Source of the DNA: Octopus vulgaris
Taxonomy: Eukaryota
Assembly (NCBI GenBank): GCA_951406725.2
Contig: OX597815.1
Span: 177,568,001-177,632,000, forward strand
DNA: 64,000 nucleotides
Reading direction: 5' to 3'
Shown: piece after piece, positions 25,734-39,060 of the stretch
How positions within the stretch are numbered: position 1 is the first letter of the stretch
Layout of the letters: each line of letters starts with the position of its first letter
Translations under genes and position numbers: made by a program
The notes under the pieces: generated by a model
The model's database searches: none
What the model saw: the letters and a program-made list of their open reading frames with translations, nothing else
Told to the model about the DNA's origin: nothing

Positions 25734-26117
25734 TCTCTCTCTATATAAACGGCAGTTCGTCTGTGCGTTTTCTGTGTGTCTGTTTTCTCGTACCCTCACT
25801 CTGACCACGGCTTTCAACCGATTCTGATGAAACTTGACACACACATAGCCCAATGTCATAATTCAAAACTAACGCAGCGAAAATTTTGAAAAGTTCCCCC
25901 AGTTCTGAAAAAAATCGATAAATTCGACACGGGGTCGAGAATCAGAAACCCAAACCACAGACCGTCTAGGGGACGCAACTCCACCTTTTTTAACTCTCAA
26001 AAACAATTTACCATCATTTTTTTTCCATTTTTTTGCTATTTTTTGGCTATAACTCTCTAAAAATGCTTTATAGTTATTTCCCTTACAAACCTGAGCAACG
26101 CCGGGCGATACTGCTAG
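25734..26117 (+). mobile_element. Non-autonomous Helitron
   Basis: Starts TC after A, ends CTAG before T, subterminal hairpin cctgagcaacgccggg, no TSD. Confidence 0.75.
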
Positions 26118-26614
26118 TACGGATATAAAAAAGAAATTTTTTAAAGATGGATTAATGTCTCTTTCCTTATAAGCGTCATCCTTTGTGCTCCCATTTCTGT
26201 TTTTATGTAGAACTTATAAAGTTTTAATTTACTGTTTTCTTGGATTATAAGCAGAAAAGAAATTTAGAAAAAAAATGACCAAATGCCGAGCAAGGAATTC
26301 GACCTCCTGTGTCTGCTGTTATACTTTAAGCAATGCATTTCTTACACTAGTTTTTTTTTATTCAAATACAATTCTAACATGTGATAACCAACAGTCACAT
26401 GGATATGGATATGGAGTAGAACGTAAAAAATAATTGCTTTAGTTATGATAATTTTGAAGAATTGAGTTAATTCCGATTTTAATGTAATTTCCATCAGTTG
26501 CATTTCCGTTCACTTTTTTCTGGCAAAACGTGTATACTGAAAATAATGCACAAGAATGGAACTTTATTTTAAAGGTAACTGGTTTATATATAGTATGTAT
26601 GTATATATATATAT

Positions 26615-26657
<43 letters not shown>

Positions 26658-26731
26658 TATATATATATACATACATACTTACATACATACATACACACAC
26701 ACACATATATATATCTATGTATGCGTATAAT

Positions 26732-26762
<31 letters not shown>

Positions 26763-26850
26763 ACATATTACATGTCACGTAGAAGTATATGTGTACATCT
26801 ATACGTGTATGTGTGTATGTATGTATATATATATATATATATATATATAG

Positions 26851-26885
<35 letters not shown>

Positions 26886-26924
26886 TATGTATGTATGTAC
26901 TCACACGCAATCATATACATACGT

Positions 26925-26959
<35 letters not shown>

Positions 26960-27410
26960 AGCACGTGGGCATGTATATACGTATACGTGTCCTTGTTTCA
27001 TGTGTGAGTATAGTGATAATGGCTATTTCAATGTAGCTGGAAATTTAATTACAACAGAGCAGCAGGGGTATCATTGATAGTTATTTTAGTATACCTTTCC
27101 CGTTTAGCATTTCCGTGCTGGATTTTATTCGAATACTACGTCTCTATTTTAGCGTGTACATAAAATGTATGCCTATTTCAAAGTTACAGGATAATTGACC
27201 CAAACAGAATGAATGAAATGGCTTTCCTATCTCCATCTTTAAATCATCCAACTTTTATTTGTTTTTTTAGTTAAGCCCCATCTGTATATGTAGCTAAAGT
27301 TTTCTCGAATGAATCTGTCCTTTGTCTTGGATATCGTTGTGATGAGCATGTTATCTAAATGCCATATATTAATTATCACCTTTTTTTAGTAATTATATAT
27401 ATATACATAC

Positions 27411-27473
<63 letters not shown>

Positions 27474-27474
<1 letters not shown>

Positions 27475-28380
27475 TGGGCCATCACATAGATAATGCAAGT
27501 TTTTAATACTTCTTTTATTTTTTTAAATTAGGATAAAAAGATCTCTTTTTAATCTAAAATATACTATCTTTCATTTTCTGCAATGTTCCTCCATCAACCG
27601 GGTAGACCTGCAAGGCCGTCTTCCAAAACTCACTTGACCGTGACGGAAAATACTCCTCCAATTCTGTTCTGACCTCATCTACAGAATTCATGTTTTTCCG
27701 ACCAAATCATTTTGAAGACTGCGGAATAAATGATAATCAAATGGGGCAATATCCGACGAATATGGTGACTGAGGCATCGTTCCCAAAGAAACTGCTCCAG
27801 CCGTTGGAATGTCATCCTTTCTGTGTGTGGCCGCGCCATTACACTCGGAAAGTTTGTGAGGAACCCATTGATCCAATTTGCTGATATTTCGAAAGCATGC
27901 ATGTGTCGATGAATGGCTGAATGACCAAATCCAACATACTCTGCTAGATCCTCAACAGTTACGATGGGATTTTGTTCCAACAGGTTTGCAAGACGTCCTG
28001 GTCGTGCTCGACAGATTTTCAAGGACGATGATCGTCTTCTAGGCTGTAGCTTCCGGCTCGGAATTTCTGGAACCACCGTTGACATTAGATTACGCTTACA
28101 GTCCAATCCCCATATACTGCATTAAATATTCCTCGCACTTTCCGTTGCTTTGTTGCCTTTATTGGACTCATAAAGCAAAATATGCCGAATATGATCCTTT
28201 GTCACTTTGAAAATATGACTTAAAATCGAATTGCATTCTTCAAGACATGCACTAAGAATAAGTACAAAGTAAAATTGCTACCTAATTTTATAGCAAGTTA
28301 ATACAGTTAGTTTATCCCGTCCCACTCCAACTTTTAGTTCATGCAATTGAAAAAACCGCATAATTTATGTGATGACCCAA
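27474..28380 (-). mobile_element. Internally deleted, decayed mariner element
   Basis: TIRs ttgggccatcacatagataatgc / gcataatttatgtgatgacccaa flanked by TA; WVPHKL and PYSSDIAPFDYHLFRSLQN motifs on the minus strand. Confidence 0.9.
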
Positions 28381-28785
28381 TATACATAATATGTACGTAT
28401 GTGTTCATTTTGGTGAGGTTTACCACAAGTTTCAAAAGAATTCACTAATGCGTGTGCCATATTAGATGATACTGTTTCAACTGTCTGTTTATATCTCCAT
28501 GGTATTTCAAAAGGATTTCAATTACACGTTCTACTATAACATGGGGTACCCACAAAATATGCATTGTTAGCATAAAAAGTCCGAGAGCCAATGAAATGAA
28601 GGCCAATTAATAATAGATCCTAAAGAATGAACTAAATGAACGCATGTAATCTTCAACAAAAACAAACAAAACGGTGTATCTGTATCCGCCATGTCGGTCA
28701 GCCTGTTTATCATGTTCCAAGCATCCCGAAACTAACGAATCAGGCTGCAGTAGATATAGTAGATGTTAAAGATAAAGGTATCTCG

Positions 28786-29020
28786 GGCGGTGAGCTGGCA
28801 GAATCGTTAGCACGCCGGGCGAAATGCTTAGCTGTATTTCGTCTGCCGTTACGTTCTGAGTTCTAATTCCGCCGAGGTCGACTTTGCCTGTCATCCTTTC
28901 GGGGTCGATTAAATAAGTACCAGTTACGCACTGGGATCGATATACTCGACCTAATCCGTGTATCTTTCCTTGTTCATCCCCTCTGTGTTTAGCTCCTTGT
29001 GGGTTGTAAAGAAATAGGTA
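28786..29020 (+). mobile_element. SINE family A, full length
   Basis: Same as 21267-21497. Confidence 0.9.
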
Positions 29021-30164
29021 TCTCAGTGATTGCTTTTACTACTGCAATCCTACATAACACGAATCTCGGAACTGCATCACTTACTAATTACAGAAATAAT
29101 TACCAGCTCTACACTTCTGCGTTATCGTTTTGCCTATCATGTTAGTTTATTACAACTATCACTGAGTTTGGTATTGACAGGTGTCAGTTAGTTGTTTCAG
29201 TAGAATTAGTACAGACTTGTATCAAAACACTTTTTCCCTATAAAACTTAGAAAAATCGTAGATATGTTTCGACCAAGGATTGGTTCAGGCTATGTCTAAC
29301 TTAAAAGCACCACATGATAGGTTTAGCTAAATCCTGTTTAAATCAAATTTTATTTATGGTCCGTTCAAGTAGTAAATTCTTGTTGAGTGAGTCATTAAAA
29401 ATATTTCTGAGCTATTTCATTACAACCACGTAAGAGTCTCCATTACAACCAATTATGAGCTGTTCTATCGCATCCACCACAGTGCTTCGTCATTAAAAAA
29501 AACACCGATTCCAGTCGCTACAAAACTTCTAATCGCACATAGTATTCAAGACTGAGTTGTTTCTTTCTTATAAGTATCATATGTCGAATAACTAAATTTA
29601 CAATCACTTCTAGTCATTTGTATAAAATTTATGGAATCATACCGGGATAAACCCCTGTGTGTGGAGATGAATAGAATTTATAGAAACATGACTGGTGAGG
29701 TTCGTCAGCCGGAAATAAATGAAAGAAATTCCAGTTTATCTGGATTATATACAAAAAGTATTATTCACGTTATTTCAAGGTTCGGTTAAAATTTCAAAGA
29801 ATTCTAATCTATTTTATTCGTGTGGAGAATTCTAATCTATTTTATTCGTGTGGAGACTGCGAAGTGCGCCAAAGAGTACATTAGCTGTAATGGTAGCAAA
29901 TAAATTAATATTTATTATTGTAATTTCAATTACAATTCAGAAGAGACACTCAGACATACATAGGTATATGGGTATATGCAAGTATCAATCGCAGAACGTT
30001 ACATTTCCTTTTTTTTAAAAAAAAAAGAGAGATAGCGAGTGCAACAACGGGAGAGGGAGAGCTTAAACACAAAAAAAAATGAAAGTATAAAGTATTTTAA
30101 CCACTTGGTGAGTGGTTTACATAAGCACCAACTTCTGGAACATCCAAATCCTACACAGTATATA

Positions 30165-30296
30165 CGAGGGTGAGTCATTATGTAATGACATTTTGTGTAG
30201 AACAGGTATAATTACCAGCACAGGAACATGTGTCATACATCAAAATGAAACGGGTGCTCTGTGGATCACATCCCTATTTCTCAACATAGTCACCAT
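30165..30296. mobile_element. Terminal fragment of a mariner-like element
   Basis: TA followed by a cgagggtgagtca TIR-like start; partner TIR not found. Confidence 0.4.
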
Positions 30297-30299
30297 TTT

Positions 30300-30503
30300 T
30301 CTTCGAAAAAACACGATCGATGAGTGGAAAAAAATCGATACACCGATTCCCCAATCAAATTGTCTGCAACTCATTTTCAGCCAATTTCAACGGATTTTGC
30401 TCAAATTTGACGTTGATGTTACTTAGTTTGTTTTGAAATAAAGAGCTTCAATAGCTTCATTATCCTAACTTATTCCCGAGCAAAGTCAGGCTATACTGCT
30501 AGT
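30300..30503 (+). mobile_element. Non-autonomous Helitron 3' fragment
   Basis: cccgagcaaagtcaggctatactgCTAG-T end, matching the 3' end at 26090-26117. Confidence 0.55.
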
Positions 30504-30734
30504 ATAATATATATATATATATATATATATAAACATCTTGAAGTCAAGTTTTTCCACCTCAACAGCTCATAAGGAAGCATTCAAATTATATTTTGATTTC
30601 ATGGATAATTCTTTCCCGATTCAACTTGTTCATGAACCAACAATGTGTCACAGTATGGACACTGAATCCACAACATTGCAGTGGAAAAAACTCCTCTGCT
30701 CTCAGATAATGACATGGTTCTCTGGTATCTGATA

Positions 30735-32905
30735 ATTTACCAGCCAATGATCAAATCCAATGACATCTCTCCAGTACGTCCATTCGAGCTTTATGATCTT
30801 TCACAGTCATGATCTTTCACAAGTTGATTGGGCCTTCACGCACGCACCCCACCCTCCAACATAAACACATCATGGCAGATATTTGTACAGACTGCAAGAA
30901 ATATATGCGCCAAACATACTCCATTAAGATCAGTATACAAATCTAAGTGCAGAATCCCTAGAAATGGAAGAGCAATTATCAGGAAAATAAAAAGAATTAA
31001 CAAGAAAACCACCCAACTTAAATACTGCCAGCAGCAACGCACCCATTCGACTGTCGCTCGAATAAAAAAAACACATCCTCCAAAAACAGCATGATAACTG
31101 AGGAGAATTGGGCCATTGAGGAAATAAAGCGCAATCTGAAAGTGTTCTTTTCTTTTGCAAATAAAAAAAGCTGAGAAAATATAAAGTCGCTGTTTCCACT
31201 GCTGGTTCTCTGGTTGATGAGAACGACACTCTACCTGATGATGCAAAATTCATTTGCCTGATACGACAGAAACAGCACTGCTGTGTTTTCAATACTGCTA
31301 ATGCAGTTCATCTATATACATATCAGTGATGTAAACCCTCAACTAACTATATCTGACATAATATTTGGTGTTCCTGATATCCTAACAGAAATAAATAAGA
31401 TCAAACACAACTCGTCAGTAGGTCCCGATAAGTTTCCAGCCACTGTCCTGAAGATGTGTCGATATCAAATTGCACCTCCTCTAGCTGAGCGCTGGAGGGA
31501 CTCACTTTACGCAGGCTACATTCCTGATCATTTTCTTTCCCAGTCTGTCGTTCCAGTCTTCAAAAGGTGAAACAAATCTCTTGCAGTTAACTACCGTCCG
31601 ATTTCACTCACCTCTCATATCATTAAAATATTTGAGAGGGTGGTGAGATTGCGAATAACTCACTTCCTCGAAGACAACAATCTGCTAAACCTCCACCAGC
31701 ATGGTTTCCGTGATGGCTGTGAGTGCTTCTGTCATCTTCTGCACCGTTTTGATGACATCTTAAAAGCTTGGGAGAAGGTTCCAACACTGACGTCATATAC
31801 ATTGATTTCAGCAAGGCCTTTGACAGAGTAGACCACAAAATCATGATGAAGAAACTGTCCAGCATTGGCGTCCGTGGAAAGCTGCTGCAGTGGATCATGT
31901 GTTTCCTGACGAACAGAACCCGACATTTTGTGTTCGAGAAAATCCGATCCAGCTCAGCCAAAGTCAATCGTGGTGTCCCACAAGGTATTGTGTTGGGCAC
32001 ACTCCTCTTCATTATTTACACCCACGACATAGCAGACAAACATTCTACATTGAAAATATTTGCAGATGATTCCAAACTCCAGAAAGCTGTGAACGGTATG
32101 GGAGACCGAGCATGCCTTCAGTTGGATCTGTTTGCTGTTGTCCATTGGGTGGAAAAACACAATATACTTCTAAATGAAGATAAGTTTAATTTGATCCACT
32201 TTGGAAAAAAGGATACTCTGAAATTACCATATGCTCTTCCGTCGGGTGACTCCCTAGTGTCATACAAGATCATAGACCTTGGAGTAATTGTTGATAACAA
32301 TCTAAGCTGGAATTCCCACGTAAACAGCAAGGTTGACTTGGCCGGCAAGATGTGCTCTTTCATTGTCAGAACTTTCCGGTTTAGAGATGCCAACACCATC
32401 ATCCTTCCTACACTTGTCCGACCCCACCTTGAATACTGTTTCCCACTGTGGTCACCCCATACGAATCAACTCATTATAAAAGTGGAAGCATTCCAGAGGT
32501 CAATAACAAGAAAAACAGACGGTATGATAGGCATTGACTATTGGGATCAACGAAAACCACTCAATCTCTACTCTCTCCAACGCCGCCGGGAGCGTTACAT
32601 TATTTTTGTGATGTGGAAATTATTCCATCAATATTGCACAAATGATGTTGGCATCAACTTTAAAATGCACTCAAGACTTGGTTCTCGTGCGATCCGTCCA
32701 ATGCAAAAAGTGAACTCGGGACACATAACATCACATCACAACTATTTTGCCTCAATCAGTCCAGCTCTCTTTAATACCAAACCAAAATACGTGAAACAGG
32801 AAACGGATCCCATAAAACTCAAAATTATATGACTAAAATACTTCACCAGGTGGTGCTATTAACTTAGACATGGCCTGGACCTATACAGGCCGAAACCTAT
32901 CAAAG
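30735..32905 (+). mobile_element. CR1/L2-group LINE, 5'-truncated, with frameshifted ORF2
   Basis: SSVGPDKF, NYRPISLTS, YIDFSKAFDRVDH, GVPQGIVLGTLLFIIY and FADD motifs; short stem-loop tail before the microsatellite. Confidence 0.9.
31768..32832 (+). pseudogene. LINE reverse transcriptase, C-terminal ORF fragment
   Basis: 354-aa ORF with RT domains, DLGVIVD..LSW and VRPHLEY motifs. Confidence 0.85.
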
Positions 32906-32928
32906 TTGCATATATACATATCTATGTG

Positions 32929-33003
<75 letters not shown>

Positions 33004-34788
33004 CTTTATTTATATATATAGAGAGAGAGATAGAGAGAGAGAGAGAGGAGAGAAATAAAGCTAATTAGACAAACAAACTTTTGAAGACGTATCTTTATCT
33101 AATTAATACATTTGTACTAATTAGACATTAGTTGGGACATTGACCAAGGTCTCGAAGGTTAATAGCTCAAACAAATGAATCACCTTGTTGTTTCTACAGA
33201 AACGTATCCCTTAGCTTCGTCAAATTTTTGCATGAAGCCGCTCTATAAGCAGTAGTTAGCAGACAACAAACAGTTAAATATGGAGTCCCGTGAGCATTCA
33301 ATGTGAAAGAAACAAAAGAATTTTTTTTTAGAACCAAATATATTCTGTGTAATTGAGAGTTTGGAATTGCATCTATACTGAGTTGGTCGAAATGGAATTG
33401 TGAAATAATTTTTAGCAGCTGTTTTTGCTTCTCATTCTCTCTGACTCGCTTTTTATCCTTCTTTATCTTCCTCTTTCTATATGTGTGTGTATTTGCGTAT
33501 GCGTTTGCTTGATGGGGTGTATGGACCAAAACTTGTATGTGTAATAGTATCAATTAGCGAGTGTAAAACATATGCGCGTGCACACATAGACACTCAAACA
33601 TACATGTATACATACATACACACACATTTTATAATATATTATATAGTCTTTACTATATAATTGCAATGTGTAACAACGTCTCTATAATATATGCTATTGT
33701 CAAACATATTACCAATCGAACAGTTTTTGAATCGTGATCAGAAACAAGCAATATGTTACAAAGACGAAGCGCAGCAATGTGCTTTTTTTTATTTTCTTCT
33801 TCATCTATATATTTCATATGATACGTACTTTTTCCTTGTATAATAACGATTTCATCATCACCATCATTGTTCTCTATTTGTATTCATATCATTCTGTATT
33901 GCACATACATTTTCAATTTCTCTATCTTCAATGACTTGACCAAGTAGTGCTTTTCTGTCGTACTAAAGCCATCACCTTACCCTTTGAATTTCAAATCAGA
34001 ATATTGTGCTCGCATATCAATGCAAACAGATTATCTGCATGGCAGTCAGCTATGTATAAAATAACTGGGGCATTGATGGGATCACTGGTTTTCTCATATG
34101 GAAACTTTGCGCGGTCAGTAACAAGATTAACCTGTTATATATAGATATTGATGAGAAAGCCATTTCCTAGGCAGATTGCGAGCAAGTACGTCTTTATTAC
34201 GATGAAAATTATCTTTATATCTGTCAAACGCACAATACGTTCGTCATCTTCATCGTTCTTTCGTCGCCTTGCTACATAAATAGCTTGATTAAAAACTACA
34301 GAATAATAACAATCCATCTTAATACTTGCATATAATGTATTGACGGGAGCATCCATGAATCGGGAAAGAACTATTCATTTTATGACAGTCAATTTACTTA
34401 TGTTTTGAGAAGTGAAATGATTTTCATCTTAAAATATCCAGGGGTAAGCGACGTGCGCTGACACGAAATATGTAATCACATTAACGTTATGTGTCTATGT
34501 TGTTTGTACAGTTGTTTGTATAGAGGCGTGTTGAAAATAGTATTAATGAAAATTTAGTTTTATAATAACTGTAACAGTTGCGCTCTAAGTTTCCAATAAA
34601 TTTATGCGTGTTTTAATATCATTTACTCTCAGAGTTATTTGAAGTACTTTCATTTTAACTGTATATCTTATGTTCATATGAGACTCCAATTCTGTTATAT
34701 TAATGAGATCTGTTTCCTGTTCTAACATATTATTTCGTGTACTTTTACAGAATATGTTGTCATTTTGTGGCGTGGTATGTTATTTGAA

Positions 34789-35392
34789 GGCGGCGAGCTG
34801 GCAGAATCGTTAACACGTCGGGCGAAATGCTTAGCGGTATTTCGTCTGCCGCTACGTTCTGAGTTCAAATTCCGCCGAGGTCGACTTTGCCTTTTATCCT
34901 TTCGTGGTCGATTAAATAAGTACCAGTTACGCACTGGAGTCGACATAATCGACTTAATCCGTTTGTCTGTCCTTGTTTGTCCCCTCTGTGTTTAGCCCCT
35001 TGTCGGTAGTAAAGAAATAGGTATTACGTCTGCCGCTACGTTCTGAGTTCAAATTCCGCCGAGGTCGACTTTGCCTTTCATCCTTTCGGGGTTGATTAAA
35101 TAAGTACCAGTTACGCACTGGGGTCGACATAATCGACTTAATCCGTTTGTCTGTCCTTGTTTGTCCCCTCTGTGTTTAGCCCCTTGTCGGTAGTAAAGAA
35201 ATAGGTATTTCGTCTGCCGCTACGTTCCGAGTTCAAATTCCGCCGAGGTCGACTTTGCCTTTTATCCTTTTGGGTTCGATTAAATAAGTACCAGTTACGC
35301 CCTGGGATCGATAAAATCGACTTAATCCGTTTGTCTGTCCTTGTTCGTCCCCTCTGTGATTAGCTCCTCGTGGGTAGTAAAGAAATAGGTAT
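34789..35392 (+). mobile_element. SINE family A with three tandem 184-bp body units
   Basis: One head; units begin ggtat at 34836, 35020 and 35204, and a final ggtat follows at 35388. Confidence 0.9.
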
Positions 35393-36304
35393 GTTGTTTG
35401 AGATGCATGTTTTTTTTTTATTATACTGCCAGGTGCCTTCTGCAAAAAAATGTGTGTTATGTAAGCTGTTGGTTGTATGATGGATGTGTATACAATACAA
35501 TTTTATAGTGACGCGATAGTGTAGAGTGAATGATATGTGTTTCAGTTATTGATATTTAGTCTCTGTTTATTCTCGATAGAATTACTGTATAGTGATTACT
35601 TGTCAAGGATGGCATACGGTAAATGTTCTGTAAAATAAATAGACTTAAGGCATACTATTTCTGAAGCTGTCCCAATTTAGTAGTAATCCTGCAAAGGGTA
35701 TATGTAGTGCTCAATCGAAACATATGTCGGATTGTGAAGAAATTTCCACAATGATGTGACGTTTTCTTTATTATTTATTTGTATATTCTTCCATTTAATT
35801 GCTGTATTTATCTGCCTTTGTGCATTGGTTGGAATTACAGTTCCCGCCATGCTGTTATTCTTCTTGTTCTTATTCTTCGTCTTCATTTTAATATGAAAAT
35901 CGTTGAGGTAATAATCAGATATCAGTTCGAATTTATACAAACGAATGAATTGATGATAAATGCAAGCAGCTATCAGCGAAAACTGAGGCAACAGCAGAAC
36001 GACAGCAACTCATTAGTAATAATCTTGCCAAACTATTACAGGAAATTTAAAAAAAGGCAATCAAAATGAGACAGGATCAAACCTGGACAGGTGACTAAAA
36101 CAATGACTGTGCCATTTAGCCCTAAGGATATAATACATATATCCAATGAAAAAAACAGAATGAATACATTCACCTGTTAATTCTGAATTTTGCATTTCTT
36201 GCTAAGTGAAAACGGTCAATATAAAATATTAGCTAGTTATATTTCTGGCATTAACTACTGTTTCTTTCACGAGTATCCAAGCGGAAATGCCTACTCGACT
36301 TGTG

Positions 36305-36367
<63 letters not shown>

Positions 36368-36394
36368 ATAAGATCGTTATCGAAAATACTGATC

Positions 36395-36533
36395 ATTGTT
36401 TTCGTCAGAAAAGTAGATATTATTTTTTATCAAAGTTGTTTTATATTCTAAAATTTTCACAGACAATAAATAAGATATTATTTGTTGTTGCCTGAGATTT
36501 TGGTGTAATTTGAGAGGATAATACAAAATTTAT
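36395..36533 (+). repeat. Extra copy of part of the Tc1 left TIR
   Basis: Near-identical to ~37333-37473. Confidence 0.75.
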
Positions 36534-36572
36534 GGGAATAAAACCTTATGGGAAATAATTATTATCAAATTT

Positions 36573-36630
36573 ATCCCACTAATGAGGCAGAGTTTATTTT
36601 TATGCAAAGTCAGAAATCCGGATCTGGGAT
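36573..36630 (+). ncRNA. Degenerate type I hammerhead (second, more decayed copy at 37103-37162)
   Basis: ATCCCA-CTAATGA-GGC...GTCA-GAAA-TCCGGA-TC-TGGGAT; palindromic stem III; G5 mutated to A. Confidence 0.55.
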
Positions 36631-36999
36631 TATCCAATAATTTTTTTGCTAGTTTATTTGTATATTTATCGTTTCTCCTGGTGCTGTATGAATACATGAA
36701 GTTGTTTTAGAATCATGTTTTGACTGCTCTCTCTAGAATAGTGGTATCATTTAGAAACCCGTAATTATAATTTTAATAATAATTATTACCTATAAGGGTT
36801 TTATTCCCATGCTAGCCACTTAATATGATCAGTATTTCCAATAACGATCCTTATTTAGATATTTACTTCGTCATTATATTCACTGCGGTGGTATTTTGAC
36901 CATATAGCAGGTGGAGTTTAGATGGGCAATTAAGCCAGTCGTGTACATACATATGTCTGTGTGTGTGTGTGTTTACGTGTGTATATGTGAGTACTCGCT

Positions 37000-37043
<44 letters not shown>

Positions 37044-37646
37044 GTGTGTGTGTGTAGATATATATATATATATATAATTGCAATTATGTACTATCTGTGT
37101 ATAACCCAATGATAAGGCAGAGTATATTTTTAACCAAAGACAGATATCCGGATTTGGAGTTATCCAATATTTTTTGCTAGTTTAATTGTCTAATTGTCTT
37201 TTCTCATAGTGCTGTGGTTTTAGAGTCTAGTTTTGACCGCTACCTCTAGTAAGGTGGTATCTTTTAGATACCCTTAATTATAATTATATATATATATATA
37301 TAAACAGTGGCGGCCAAAATGTTCAGAACGGCATTGTTTTCGTCAGAAAAGTAGATATAATTTTTTATCAAAGTTGTTTTATATTCTTAAATTTTCACAG
37401 ACAATAAATAAGATATTATCTTTTGTTGCCTGAGATTTTGGTGTAATTTGAGAGGACAATACAAAATTTATGGATGATTTAGTGATTTACTGCAAAACCC
37501 ATGGCGGCCATAATGATCAGAACGGTTGCTTTTACTCCGTGTTTTAGTATATTTAACCGGCGGACTCTAATGTTTTGAATTTGTTTACGTGACGGTTCGT
37601 TTACTAAACATTAGTAAGAATATTTGCAGTGTACTTTGTTAATATA

Positions 37647-39060
37647 ATGCCACTTATTCCGTTACCAATTCGTCAGCAGATTATTAAGCTTCGAAGGAAG
37701 GATAATTTAAGTATTGGATCTATTGCAAAGATTTTTAACAAGTCAAAAAGTGTTGTACACGGTATTCTTAAGGTCTACGATGATTGTGGTTCGTGTGAAG
37801 CAAGAAAGTTTACATGTAGGCCAAGAAAAACGACCAAGAGAGAAGATCGTGCTATGGTAAAGTTGGTTAAAAAGGACAGATTTAAAACTGCTGTTGCTGT
37901 TTCTCGGGAAATGAGCATTGTATTGAAGAAAACTTTATCTCGAAAAACTGTGTCTCGTCGTTTAGTTGAACATGACCTACAAGCAAGAGCACCTGCAGTG
38001 AAGCCACTGATCAGCTCCAAGAATAAAAAAGTGTCGTCTTACCTTTGCAACCGAACATGCGTTGTGGTCTCAAGAAAAATGGCAAACGGTGCATTTCAGT
38101 GATGAATCTAAGTTTATGTTATTTGGCTCAGATGGGAAAAGGTAAGTTCGTAGAAAAGTAGGTGAAAAATTGTCGCCTAAATGCCTTAAGGCTAGTGTTA
38201 AATTCGGTGGAGGAAGTGTCATGGTTTGGGGGATGACATCTGGAGATGGTGTGGGCCCTTTGGTGCGATTACATGGAAAGGTAAATGCAGGAGTTTATAA
38301 ACAACTTGTATTTACCTTTCCATGTAATCGCACCAAAACAACTTGTATGTGAAGGCGCATGTATCAGTGGTTAGAGCGTCGAGCTTACGATCGTGAGGTT
38401 GTGAGCTCGAATCCCGGACCGGGCTGCGTGTTGTGTTCTTGAGCAAGGCACTTTATTTCACGTTGCTCCAGTTCACTCAGCTGTAGAAATGAGTTGCGAC
38501 GTCACTGGTGCCAAGCTGTATCGACCTTTGTTTTTCCCTTGGATAACACTGGTGGCGTGGAGAGAGGAGGCTGGTATGCATGGGCGACTGCTGGCCTTCC
38601 ATAAACAACCTTGCCCGGACTTGTGTCTAGGAGGGTAACTTTCTAGGTGCAATCCCATGGTCATTCATGACCGAAGGGGGTCTTTACCCTTTTATAAACA
38701 ACTTGTAAAAGATCATGTCTTGCTGTGCTGAGAAATTCAACTAAGCGACCACCCATATACATGCAGGACAATACCCCATGTCACAAGGCTAAGGTGGTCA
38801 TGAACTTCCTCAAGGCTGAAAAGGTTATGGTTATGGATTGGCCTGCTCAAAGCCCAGATCTCAATCCTATTGAAAATGTATGGAATATTCTAGGAGAACG
38901 TTCGAAAGCCAGAAATCCTAAAACAACTGAGCAATTATGGAATGCCCTTCAGGAAGAATGGAATAAGATCACCCAGCAAGAAATTGAAAATTTAATTTTC
39001 TCATGCAGTCGAAGATGTCAGAGTGTGATTGAAGCTAAAGCGCTTCACACTAAATATTAA
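37647..39060 (+). pseudogene. Tc1 transposase (DD34E), frameshifted and SINE-interrupted
   Basis: HTH N-terminus, FSDESK, GGGSVMVWG, QDNTPCH, WPAQSPDLNPIENVW. Confidence 0.9.
38352..38692 (+). mobile_element. tRNA-derived SINE with CORE-like domain (family C), 17-bp TSD
   Basis: Head cagtggttagagcg...gctcgaatccc; gttcttgagcaaggcactt core; TSD tttataaacaacttgta at 38294-38310 and 38691-38707. Confidence 0.85.

Noticed and set aside
29798-29856. Short tandem duplications (also 126-163 and 58180-58220)
   Set aside because: Ordinary slippage duplications with no further structure
32870-32900. GGCC...GGCC-GAAAC stem-loop (also ~58884-58910) resembling half a hammerhead
   Set aside because: No CTGANGA box; explained as the conserved LINE 3' tail stem-loop
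34836-35392. Regular repeats as a CRISPR array
   Set aside because: Eukaryotic SINE multimers with no unique spacers and no cas genes
38352-38430. tRNA genes (also 41681-41750 and the family A/B heads)
   Set aside because: Cloverleaves are imperfect and continue into SINE bodies
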